Source of the DNA: an uncultured Bacteroidales bacterium | GTDB taxonomy: Bacteria; Bacteroidota; Bacteroidia; Bacteroidales; FEN-979 | Reading direction: 5' to 3' | DNA: 64,000 bases | Assembly: GCA_903887775.1 (NCBI GenBank) | Contig: CAISRB010000013.1 | Location: 3,074 to 67,073, forward strand | Shown here: piece by piece, positions 40,858 to 49,400 of the stretch | Layout: each line of letters opens with the position of its first letter | Position numbering within the stretch: the first letter of the stretch is position 1 | The notes under the pieces: model-generated | What the model saw: only the letters and a program-made list of their open reading frames with translations | The model's database searches: none | Told to the model about the DNA's origin: nothing | Position numbers and translations under genes: made by a program

Positions 40858-41568
40858 TTACCATTGCATCGGTACTTCTATCAGTAAGAGATCTGAATCG
40901 TTAACGGCCTTTATGCTGATTTCAGAGATCTCTGATATTCCTATGCCGTCACGGGTTTCAAGCCTGGCAGAGGCTACATCCGCAGTCCCTTCAATAAGAA
41001 AAATATAAACTCCATGAGATGCATCATGTAAAGTATAGGTAGTATTGTTTTCTGCGGATAAGCTGATCCTGGAAAACCATGTTTTCTGGTTCAGCATAAG
41101 AGCGCCTGGTTCATCAGGCGATACCAGCCTTTGCCATTTCCCGTTCCTTTCCGAAGGGTCAAAGACTTTCTGGTCGTACCTGGGTTTCAGGTTTTTTTGC
41201 TCAGGGAAAACCCAGATCTGGAACAGCTTTACCGGTATCTTCGCATCAGCATTGTACTCGGAATGAAAGATCCCCGTACCTGCAGTCATGACTTGGACCT
41301 CGTTGGATCCCAACTGCCGGGTATGCCCCATGCTGTCCTTGTGCTCCAGTGTTCCTTCCGTCACAATGGTGGTGATTTCCATATTATCGTGGGGATGCTT
41401 GTCAAACCCTCCGCCTCCGTCAATAACATCGTCATTGATAACCCTCAGAGCCCCGAAATGAACCCTGGCGGGATCATGATAATTGGCAAAACTGAAGGTA
41501 TACCGGGTGTCGAGCCAGCCGTAGTCCGAATGTCCACGGCTGTTCCCCCTGTGTATGATGGTTTTCAT
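40858..41568 (-). CDS. Pirin family protein (YhhW-like)
   Basis: GWLDTRYTFSF, FGALRVINDD, HPHDNMEI, HKDSMG and GTGIFHSE. Confidence 0.93.
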   Translation of the reverse strand: MKTIIHRGNSRGHSDYGWLDTRYTFSFANYHDPARVHFGALRVINDDVIDGGGGFDKHPHDNMEITTIVTEGTLEHKDSMGHTRQLGSNEVQVMTAGTGIFHSEYNADAKIPVKLFQIWVFPEQKNLKPRYDQKVFDPSERNGKWQRLVSPDEPGALMLNQKTWFSRISLSAENNTTYTLHDASHGVYIFLIEGTADVASARLETRDGIGISEISEISIKAVNDSDLLLIEVPMQW

Positions 41569-41582
41569 AAAACCTCCCCTGG

Positions 41583-42122
41583 TTACTGGACTTTTGCAAG
41601 TTCCACATTAAGAGAAAGCTTCACATCGTCGGCGACGACCATGCCACCGGCTTCGGTAAGCGCACTCCAATTCAGTCCGAATTCTTTACGGTTGATCTTT
41701 CCGCTAAGCTCAAAACCGGCTTTGATATTTCCATATGGGTCTTTCATGATCCCACCGAAATCAACTTTCAGTTCAACAGTACGGGTAGTCCCGCGAATAG
41801 TCAAATCGCCCTTCACTACAAATTCATTATCGCCTTTTTTTGTAAAAGAAGTCGATTTATAGGTAAGCTTCGGATAATTTGCCGAGTCAAAAAAGTCGGC
41901 TGACTTCAGATGGCCGTCACGGTCACCCACACCAGTATTGATACTGTCAATATCGGCCGAGAATTCGACCGCAGCATTGTTCCAGTCATCGCCATTGGTG
42001 ATGACAGAACCTTCAAATTTTTCGAATTTACCGCTCACTGTTGAAATAACCAGGTGCTTTACTTTAAAAAGGATCTCTGAGTGATAAGGGTCAATAGCCC
42101 ATGTTGTTTTAACTGTTTCCAT
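41583..42122 (-). CDS. YceI family protein
   Basis: WAIDPYHSEILFKVKHL, RDGHLKSADFFD, GDLTIRG and INRKEFGLNW. Confidence 0.93.
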   Translation of the reverse strand: METVKTTWAIDPYHSEILFKVKHLVISTVSGKFEKFEGSVITNGDDWNNAAVEFSADIDSINTGVGDRDGHLKSADFFDSANYPKLTYKSTSFTKKGDNEFVVKGDLTIRGTTRTVELKVDFGGIMKDPYGNIKAGFELSGKINRKEFGLNWSALTEAGGMVVADDVKLSLNVELAKVQ

Positions 42123-42211
42123 GATGTTTCTTTTTCTGCGATTTACCGGCTGATCAATCTTTGTGAAGGCCGGGTTGGTTCCGCTGGTGAATACTTGATT
42201 TAATTATACGG

Positions 42212-42279
42212 CAAAATTAATCCGGCCCTGCTTCACCGGAAAGGTAAAAACCATGGTTTGCATTGTAGAAATCATGGTT
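42212..42279 (-). promoter_or_regulatory. yceI promoter (-7 TAATTTTG) with upstream 21-bp-spaced direct repeats (putative AraC sites)
   Basis: CAAAATTA at 42212-42219; AACCATGGTT at 42249 and AATCATGGTT at 42270. Confidence 0.55.
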
Positions 42280-42330
42280 AACCAGACTGATTCCGGTTTA
42301 TTGAGTGATTTTACAGTGGAAGAACAACTA

Positions 42331-43206
42331 TTACCCCGAATGTGTCTGCCTGAATGCCAGCAAAGACTGGCCGGCGCCTGTCCTGAAGAATTTACTGAAA
42401 TGGGAAGGATCGTCAAAGCCCAGTTCGAATGCGATTTCCTTGCTGCTTTTCGCCGTAAATACGGCTGTCCGTTTGGCTTCAAGCAGGATGCGGTTCCTGA
42501 TAAAATCCTTAGCCGGGATGCCTATTGTTGATTTGATAACTTCGTTCAGGTAGTTCGGGCTCACGTTGAGGGCGCCGGCATAATCCTTAACCTGGTGCCA
42601 TTGCTGGAACCGGGCTTCCACAAGATTCTTAAATCGTTGCACAATTGATTTGCCGACCTCTGCGTTTTGTGTATTCGTGTCCGGGATGAGACTGCAGTGC
42701 CCATTGCATTCTATAAGGAAAAGCTTCAGGTATGCCCCGATTGTTTCGTATTTCAGTTCCTGTTCTGAGGTGTATGCTTCTTTTATCGCGGAGGCAAACT
42801 GAAGAATGTTTTTCAATATAGGCTCAGTCATGGACAAGGCCGGAGTTTCAGTGCTGTCGCGGAAGAGTCTGATGTTTGAAATAAAATTTTCCTGTATGCT
42901 GTTTTTCATCAGGAATTCCGGGGTAAACAATATGACCAACCCCGTGGTTTCAGGGCCGGAAATGATCTGGTGAACCTGTCTTGGGCTCACAAAGAAAATA
43001 TGATGCGGCAAAATGGGATATTCATTGAAGTCAATAACATGCCTTCCCGATCCGCTGAACGGCCAGATCACCGAATAGTAATTATGACGATGCGGATCGT
43101 CGGCAATCCCCTGCTGGCGGTCGGCAATTTCCTCCATCGTTTTTATCATGAAAGAGGCAGGGACTCCATCATCCAGCAATTCCAGACTGTATATTTTCTT
43201 TTGCAC
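42331..43206 (-). CDS. AraC family transcriptional regulator
   Basis: PHRHNYY cupin; YAGALNVSPNYLN...EIAFELGFDDPSHFSKFF. Confidence 0.93.
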   Translation of the reverse strand: MQKKIYSLELLDDGVPASFMIKTMEEIADRQQGIADDPHRHNYYSVIWPFSGSGRHVIDFNEYPILPHHIFFVSPRQVHQIISGPETTGLVILFTPEFLMKNSIQENFISNIRLFRDSTETPALSMTEPILKNILQFASAIKEAYTSEQELKYETIGAYLKLFLIECNGHCSLIPDTNTQNAEVGKSIVQRFKNLVEARFQQWHQVKDYAGALNVSPNYLNEVIKSTIGIPAKDFIRNRILLEAKRTAVFTAKSSKEIAFELGFDDPSHFSKFFRTGAGQSLLAFRQTHSG

Positions 43207-43213
43207 CCCCTCG

Positions 43214-43792
43214 CTACTTCTTTACTTTTATAGTGTCCAGTGAAAACTTGACCGGAACTATCATACTCACATCAATAGGTTTTCCGAGGTCTTCTCCGGG
43301 TTTCCATTTCGGCATTAGTTTTACGAGGCGTACAGCTTCTTCGTCACAACCTCCGCCTATTCCTCTCATCGTCTCCACATCGGTAACCAAACCATTGGAT
43401 CTTACAGTGAAGTTCACAATCACCTTCCCTTCAATGTTCTTTGATCTGGCCTCCTTCGGATACTTCATATTTTCAAAAATAAATTTGAACATTGCATCGG
43501 TCCCGCCAGGGTATTCCGGTTGCTTTTCAATCTTTTGATATACTTTGATACTGTCTTTCACCTTTTTATCCTGTGGAGGATTATGATGGCGGGGAGGCGC
43601 TAATGCAGGCGTTCCTGCCTGTGTTTCATATTGGTTATATTGATTATACTGGGCATAGGATTTGATGCTGAAAGTGATCCCTGCAACAAAGATCGTCACC
43701 GTAATGATCAAAGGCCATGCAAAGAAAAGCTTGCTTTTTGCCCGGATTAAGGAGCGGCGTTTGTTCAGTGGGTTCATTGTCAACGCGCTCAT
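43214..43792 (-). CDS. TonB C-terminal domain protein (probable truncated BlaR1/M56-TonB)
   Basis: One TM, PEYPGG, YPKEAR..IEGKVIVNF, GGCDEEAVR and WKPG; start overlaps the blaI stop (ATGA). Confidence 0.8.
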   Translation of the reverse strand: MSALTMNPLNKRRSLIRAKSKLFFAWPLIITVTIFVAGITFSIKSYAQYNQYNQYETQAGTPALAPPRHHNPPQDKKVKDSIKVYQKIEKQPEYPGGTDAMFKFIFENMKYPKEARSKNIEGKVIVNFTVRSNGLVTDVETMRGIGGGCDEEAVRLVKLMPKWKPGEDLGKPIDVSMIVPVKFSLDTIKVKK

Positions 43793-44199
43793 GTCTTTGC
43801 TTTTTTGGTCTTAATTTCCTTATCGATAAGTCCTCTTATCTCCTCCAGCTCCTTCAGGCTCAGGTTTTCTTCACGGGTGAAAAATGAAGCCAGCGAAGGA
43901 CAGGAATTCCCGAAATAATTCAGGATCATATGCCTGAAAAACCGTTTCGTATAATCCGGCTTCGAAACCAATGGAAAATACTCATGTGTCCTTCCGTAAG
44001 CTTTATGCCCCACAAAACCTTTCTGCTCCAGGATTCGGATTATCGTTGAGACCGTGTTATACGCGGGTTTGGGTTCCGGAAACGCTTTGAGGATGTCATG
44101 CACCAAGGCTTTATCCAGGTCCCAGAGTACCTGCATGATCTGTTCTTCGGCTTTCGTCAGGTCGCGGTCAGGCATCTCTGTTAGTATGACATCGTTCAT
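43789..44199 (-). CDS. blaI: BlaI/MecI/CopY family repressor
   Basis: LTKAEEQIMQVLW, PAYNTVSTIIRILEQKGFV and YFGNS; the start is 44199 or 44175. Confidence 0.9.
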   Translation of the reverse strand: MNDVILTEMPDRDLTKAEEQIMQVLWDLDKALVHDILKAFPEPKPAYNTVSTIIRILEQKGFVGHKAYGRTHEYFPLVSKPDYTKRFFRHMILNYFGNSCPSLASFFTREENLSLKELEEIRGLIDKEIKTKKAKT

Positions 44200-44230
44200 C
44201 TTAGGGTCTGAGCTTTTGCTTTTCAATTTA

Positions 44231-44259
44231 CAAATATACAACTAAATACTTAGTTTGTA
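44231..44259 (-). promoter_or_regulatory. blaI promoter (-7 TATATTTG) with adjacent palindromic operator
   Basis: CAAATATA at 44231-44238; AACTAA-ATAC-TTAGTT at 44240-44255, flanked by TACA/TGTA. Confidence 0.55.
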
Positions 44260-44328
44260 AACTATTTTTTTAATATTTGTTTTTATTCTGTGATTTCTGC
44301 ATCTTTGAAGAACCAAATTTCGGGGAAC

Positions 44329-45009
44329 ATGAATTTTTTAATTAAAAATATTTTTCGGGAGAGTATAAAGTGGAATGTCGTCTTCCTTTCGATGGTAGTT
44401 TTTACTGTATTTTTTATTCCGGTTTTTTCCCCGGCCTATCAGAAAATGATTTATGATATTGCATTCACCCTGATATTTCTGCTGGGCTATTTGATTTCCG
44501 ACAGGATGCATCCAGTAATACTTCCATTATCCATCGGGGCTGTGATTGTGACCTGGACCTCGGCCATTTTTAAATTGAAAATGTTGTTCTATTTGTCATC
44601 CTCTCTGAATCTGGTATTTTTCGCGATCGTTGTTTTTACGCTGATAAAACACCTTGCAATTTCAAAAACGGTCACTTTCAGGTTAATTCTTGATTCCATT
44701 ATCATTTATCTTTTAATAGGACTTATTTTTTCGATAATTGTCGGTTTTATATACGGCTCCGATCCCACGGCATTCAGCTTTACCGGTTCCGGCAATACAT
44801 CAGCTGTCGTCAATCGTCACGATTTCATCTATTTCACATTTGTAACCTTAACAACAACTGGTTTTGGAGACATCGTACCTGTTCAGCCATACGCGCGTTC
44901 CCTCACTATTTTCATTGCCATTACCGGCCAGATGTATATCGCTATCATCATTTCGATGCTCGTGGGCAAGTATGCTGCTTTAAGGCATGAGGACAGGAAT
45001 GAGGAGTGA
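44329..45009 (+). CDS. Potassium-channel family membrane protein (Ion_trans_2)
   Basis: Several TMs; pore motif YFTFVTLTTTGFGDIVP. Confidence 0.85.
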   Translation: MNFLIKNIFRESIKWNVVFLSMVVFTVFFIPVFSPAYQKMIYDIAFTLIFLLGYLISDRMHPVILPLSIGAVIVTWTSAIFKLKMLFYLSSSLNLVFFAIVVFTLIKHLAISKTVTFRLILDSIIIYLLIGLIFSIIVGFIYGSDPTAFSFTGSGNTSAVVNRHDFIYFTFVTLTTTGFGDIVPVQPYARSLTIFIAITGQMYIAIIISMLVGKYAALRHEDRNEE

Positions 45010-46799
45010 GAATCTCTCATGCTATGAAAATTACCTGGAGTACTGATTTGTCATTGAAATTTGTGTGCGCCTGCATTCTGGTTGTAATGAATTCCTGCAA
45101 TAAAAAACAACCGTCCGAAGTCCAGGGAAATTTTTCCGAGCTTTCCCTTGATTACTATAGAACCGGAAATGCTTATCAGTTCCAGAACGAAGATTCAAGT
45201 TTTTATTATTTTGACAAATCATTGAAAATCATTTTTTTAAATAAAAATGACACTCTCAGACCCTTTGTTTTATTTAGAATCGCAATGCTTCATTTCAGAG
45301 CGTTCAACTATAAAGAGGCCTTGAAATTATACGATTCGGCTATGGGGGAAGCGAAAAGAAATAAGAATTATATAGTTGTTTCAAATTGCCTTAATGAGCT
45401 AGGCGCCATTGAGCAAGATCTTAATAACCCTGATCAGGCCCGCTCCTATTTCCAACAATCTCTACAACTTGCAGAAAAATTTAAATTATCCCATCAGATT
45501 GGGGTGATCCTCGGAAATCTTGCGAACCTTGAAACAAATCCTGATACTGCTTTGAAATTAATGAATCGTGCATTAGAAAACATTAAAAATATCAAAGGCG
45601 CTGAGATGGAATACTGTACAATCCTGGCAAACATTGCCAACAGCTCTTCACAGAAAGACACTGCAATAAAATTTTTTCATGAAGCTATAACTATTGCAGA
45701 AAAAGGAAACTATTCTGAAGTCTTGATCGGAGCCTATAATAATCTTTCATGCATTTATCTTGAAAACAACCAGACGAAGGAAGCTGAAGAATGTCTTCGT
45801 GACCATGCCATACCCTTAGCATTGAAATCAGAGAACGCTGACTGGCTCTCTACCGCTTATGAATCCTATTCAGAAGTATTAGAGAAAAAAGGAGATTTTC
45901 ATCAGGCTTATTTTTTTCAGAAGAAATCCATGAAGACAAGGATTGAGGCATCACAACAATTAGCCGGATCCCAGATGCGTTTATTAAATGCCTTATTCAG
46001 AGCCAAAAACAGAGAGATCGAGATTAAAAAAAAGGAGGATGAGATTAAAGCCAAACATGATCAGCTTAACCGTTTATATATATGGCTCTTCTTCCTTGGA
46101 ATGGCCATTATTCTGATTGTTATAATTTTTCTCTGGTGGATTCAGCGCAAAAAATTAAAACTGAAAATCCAGGAAATCAATACAGCAAAGCGTCTCAGTG
46201 CAATTGAAGAAAAAGAACATGAGCGTTTGTCGATGCAGCTTCATGATACCATAAGGCCCTTGACGTCGGTTTTATTGAAACAAATTGAAAGCATGGAATT
46301 CCCCGATAAGGAAATGAAAAAGTCCATGATCGGAAAACTGACCGAAGCGACCCGGCAAATGAGGCAGATTTCACATCGCCTTAACCCTCTCATCAGGGAA
46401 CAGATGACGTTTACCGAGCTGACCAGGAGCCTTAGGGACGATTTCCAAGGAAGATCGGGTCTGGTCGTGAAACTTCAACTTCCAGATAAGGATCCTGATA
46501 TACCAAAAGATTCCATAAATCAGTTGTATTTCATATTGCAGGAATTGATGATGAATGCAGGTAAGCATGTCATAACCGGAAATGTCAGTATCATTATTTC
46601 TGAAGAATTTGATAATTTTTATATATTGTATGAGGACGATGGTAAAGGTTTTAACAGGGCGGATGTTCAATTATCCGGTCTTGGACTAATGCATATCTTT
46701 GAACGTGCAAATCTTCTTAACGGGAAGGCGGTTTTAGATTCTTCACCGGGAAAAGGTACGCGATGGACCATATCCATTCCGTTAAATAAGATCAAATAA
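45006..46799 (+). CDS. TPR-repeat sensor histidine kinase (HisKA_3 type)
   Basis: Periplasmic TPRs, TM, RLSMQLHD, QELMMNAGKH, DDGKGF, GLGL and SSPGKGT. Confidence 0.88.
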   Translation: MRISHAMKITWSTDLSLKFVCACILVVMNSCNKKQPSEVQGNFSELSLDYYRTGNAYQFQNEDSSFYYFDKSLKIIFLNKNDTLRPFVLFRIAMLHFRAFNYKEALKLYDSAMGEAKRNKNYIVVSNCLNELGAIEQDLNNPDQARSYFQQSLQLAEKFKLSHQIGVILGNLANLETNPDTALKLMNRALENIKNIKGAEMEYCTILANIANSSSQKDTAIKFFHEAITIAEKGNYSEVLIGAYNNLSCIYLENNQTKEAEECLRDHAIPLALKSENADWLSTAYESYSEVLEKKGDFHQAYFFQKKSMKTRIEASQQLAGSQMRLLNALFRAKNREIEIKKKEDEIKAKHDQLNRLYIWLFFLGMAIILIVIIFLWWIQRKKLKLKIQEINTAKRLSAIEEKEHERLSMQLHDTIRPLTSVLLKQIESMEFPDKEMKKSMIGKLTEATRQMRQISHRLNPLIREQMTFTELTRSLRDDFQGRSGLVVKLQLPDKDPDIPKDSINQLYFILQELMMNAGKHVITGNVSIIISEEFDNFYILYEDDGKGFNRADVQLSGLGLMHIFERANLLNGKAVLDSSPGKGTRWTISIPLNKIK

Positions 46800-47450
46800 A
46801 TGGAGGAGCAGAAGAAGATAATCAGATTATTTGTCATCGACAATCATGAAACTATCATTACTTCCGGATTTCACCAATTATTTAGGCCAGGCAGGGATTT
46901 AATTGAAATTGCAGGTTCGGCAATAAACGTTCATACGGCCTTGAATTCAGATGAAATAAGGATATGCGACATCATAATTCTTGATCTCTGGATACCAGAC
47001 GAAAAGCCGCTCGAAAATGTAAGAATGCTGAATGAACGTCATCCGGATAAACCCCTACTTATTTATTCCACCGAAGATTCTCCCGAATGGATACGTAAAA
47101 TGATGGTTTCCGGGGTTAAAGGATTTGTGAATAAAGATGCATCAAGGCATGATATTAAATCGGCTATTGAACGTATTGCTAGCGGGGGCAGCTGGTTTAC
47201 ACTACCATTGGGTAATACTAGCAAGGCAGAACAATCCGATGAAAAATTATGGATTGAATATCCATTGTCCCCAATTCAATTAAAAATCTTAACTTTTCTT
47301 TTGGAAGGTAAGACGCATAAAGAAATTGCCGATATTCTGAATTCAAATTCTGACAAAATTGAAAAGACCCTGGTAAGTTTGAGAAACAGATTTAATGCAA
47401 AAACCACTGTCGAACTGGTTAAAATCCTCCTTGAAAAAACACTTATCTGA
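46800..47450 (+). CDS. NarL/LuxR-family response regulator
   Basis: VIDNH, IILDL and GFVNK receiver; LSPIQLKIL..GKTHKEIADIL HTH. Confidence 0.88.
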   Translation: MEEQKKIIRLFVIDNHETIITSGFHQLFRPGRDLIEIAGSAINVHTALNSDEIRICDIIILDLWIPDEKPLENVRMLNERHPDKPLLIYSTEDSPEWIRKMMVSGVKGFVNKDASRHDIKSAIERIASGGSWFTLPLGNTSKAEQSDEKLWIEYPLSPIQLKILTFLLEGKTHKEIADILNSNSDKIEKTLVSLRNRFNAKTTVELVKILLEKTLI

Positions 47451-47692
47451 GTTTATAATTTACTTTCCTATCCGGGCAGGCAGTGGCTCATTTTGCGACA
47501 TTTAAAATCAATCCGGGAGGCGGAACCCGTCACCCAAATCAGATTCCAACACTTTGTTTGCCTGCTTATTACATTTTTTGATCCGCGTCTTTATGGCAGA
47601 AATATGCAATTTCTGAAGCATATTTATACTGTTGCAAAGTACTGCTCTTTTAGTGTACTTAGAGGCGATTTATATTCACTAAATTATAAGAT

Positions 47693-48136
47693 ATGAAACC
47701 AACCGTTATTACTATGCTCTCGATGGTACTTTTTATTAATGGTCAGATTTCAGGACAAAATCATAAACCACATGTGATTCCATCATTTAACGTTCTAGTC
47801 GAAACGTCTGCATTATTCCAGGAGACGACCCCTTCAAATAGCGATGGGAAACGTGTAATTCACGTTCATATTAATGCTCCCCAACAATCAGATACTGTTA
47901 CCTGCTATGCCAATGTTTTAATTTATAGCTTGAATCACCAAAGTGTTTTAGGTCCTTACAGAGTCCTTTGTGGTGAAACCCTGTCTGTTGAAATTGACAA
48001 TAGAGAATGGGGAGTTTCGATTACCACAAATAATTCGGTCCTGTCATCTGTGTGGATTGATTCACAAGGCTTTCTGAATAAATTGAATTGTTTGCCTTTT
48101 CAAGCCAAGGACGATGAATTCTGCAAACCGGATTAA
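47693..48136 (+). CDS. Hypothetical secreted protein
   Basis: Signal peptide; beta-rich C-terminal half with LGPYRVLCGETLSVEIDNREWGV. Confidence 0.6.
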   Translation: MKPTVITMLSMVLFINGQISGQNHKPHVIPSFNVLVETSALFQETTPSNSDGKRVIHVHINAPQQSDTVTCYANVLIYSLNHQSVLGPYRVLCGETLSVEIDNREWGVSITTNNSVLSSVWIDSQGFLNKLNCLPFQAKDDEFCKPD

Positions 48137-48333
48137 AAAAACCTCCTTGGCAATTTGGAAACAAAATGATCTCGAAACCATTGATCATTAGTTAAAGAAA
48201 GGAGGTAGCGCAAAGATACTCATTTATCCAATTCAATACCTAATGCTGAGAAGGATGCGTATCCTTGAAAAAGTGTTGAAATGGCCAAGTTTTCGAATTG
48301 AAATATCTTTTCTCACTTAACAAATTTAACACT

Positions 48334-49338
48334 ATGAAAACGAATATGTTGAAATTATTATCGGTTGTGATTCTACTGATAATCCTGGTTATCGGATGTA
48401 AAAAAAATCAAACATCTACTACTGAAGAAAAATCAAACCCTATTAACATCCAAAAAATTGAATCTGTTGTAAAGTACTGTACCGACAGAGTTCAAAATTC
48501 TCTTAAGACAACTGACAGTATCCCAATTGATAGCACCAGTTATTACCTTGAAGCAGCATCAAACTATACCCATGGGATAGCATCAGCACATGGGGATTCT
48601 CAGAAAATTGATTCAACCGTTTTTACTATCCACTGTAATAATAAAAAGGTAGCTTTGACTGATATTAGATCAATTTATTCGGCCATAATCGACAGTATCC
48701 GGGTATCATATATGAAAATCGTGAGTTCAAATAAAAATCTTATTGCCGTGGAGGTAAGTTCGGTTAGCGAGCAATCGGATCAGATTAATGTTAAAGCTGT
48801 TTCAGTTATTATTTATGGAAATTCTCAACTTGGCAGATTCGATACCACGGATTATTGGTTGTGGTGGAATATGGGGGGAAATTATGGGGGAAAATGTGGG
48901 CCATATTCTGGTCAGACAAATCTTGACGCAGCAATTGAAATTCAACAGCATGTGATGTTAAGAAAGGGGTTATCAAACGGATATTATGCTCCGCCAATCG
49001 TTTTTTCTAATATTTTTCCAGAAGATTTTACAAATCCAAATCACTCAGGATCTGATTGCTATTTCAAATATTATCTATATGAGAATGTATCTACTTCTTC
49101 CTGTTGTCACCTATGCTTAGCGCCTTTTGAGATGAACTGGTATCTTAATGGCGCTGAACATATTTGTTACGATTCGGAAAATGGATTAAATCCTGGAGCA
49201 AGGCCGGATGGTTTAAGTTTTATTAGCCTTGATTTAACTGGGGATATGATTTATCCAATGAATTATACTGTTTACCTAATTCACGGCACAGTAAAATATG
49301 GTGTCTTTATACAAGGAGGGAATCAATTGCCATTATAG
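48334..49338 (+). CDS. Hypothetical lipoprotein with Cys/aromatic-rich C-terminal domain
   Basis: Lipobox VIGC; YYLEAASNY; C-terminal DYWLWW..GGKCGPY and CCHLCL..EMNWYL. Confidence 0.75.
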   Translation: MKTNMLKLLSVVILLIILVIGCKKNQTSTTEEKSNPINIQKIESVVKYCTDRVQNSLKTTDSIPIDSTSYYLEAASNYTHGIASAHGDSQKIDSTVFTIHCNNKKVALTDIRSIYSAIIDSIRVSYMKIVSSNKNLIAVEVSSVSEQSDQINVKAVSVIIYGNSQLGRFDTTDYWLWWNMGGNYGGKCGPYSGQTNLDAAIEIQQHVMLRKGLSNGYYAPPIVFSNIFPEDFTNPNHSGSDCYFKYYLYENVSTSSCCHLCLAPFEMNWYLNGAEHICYDSENGLNPGARPDGLSFISLDLTGDMIYPMNYTVYLIHGTVKYGVFIQGGNQLPL

Positions 49339-49348
49339 ATAAGAATAT

Positions 49349-49376
49349 TGGAGCATTTCTTATAAGGAATGCTCCA
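49349..49376 (+). terminator. Hairpin between the lipoprotein and T9SS genes
   Basis: TGGAGCATTTC...GGAATGCTCCA, followed by TATTT. Confidence 0.5.
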
Positions 49377-49400
49377 TATTTACAAGTTCATTATATTTAT

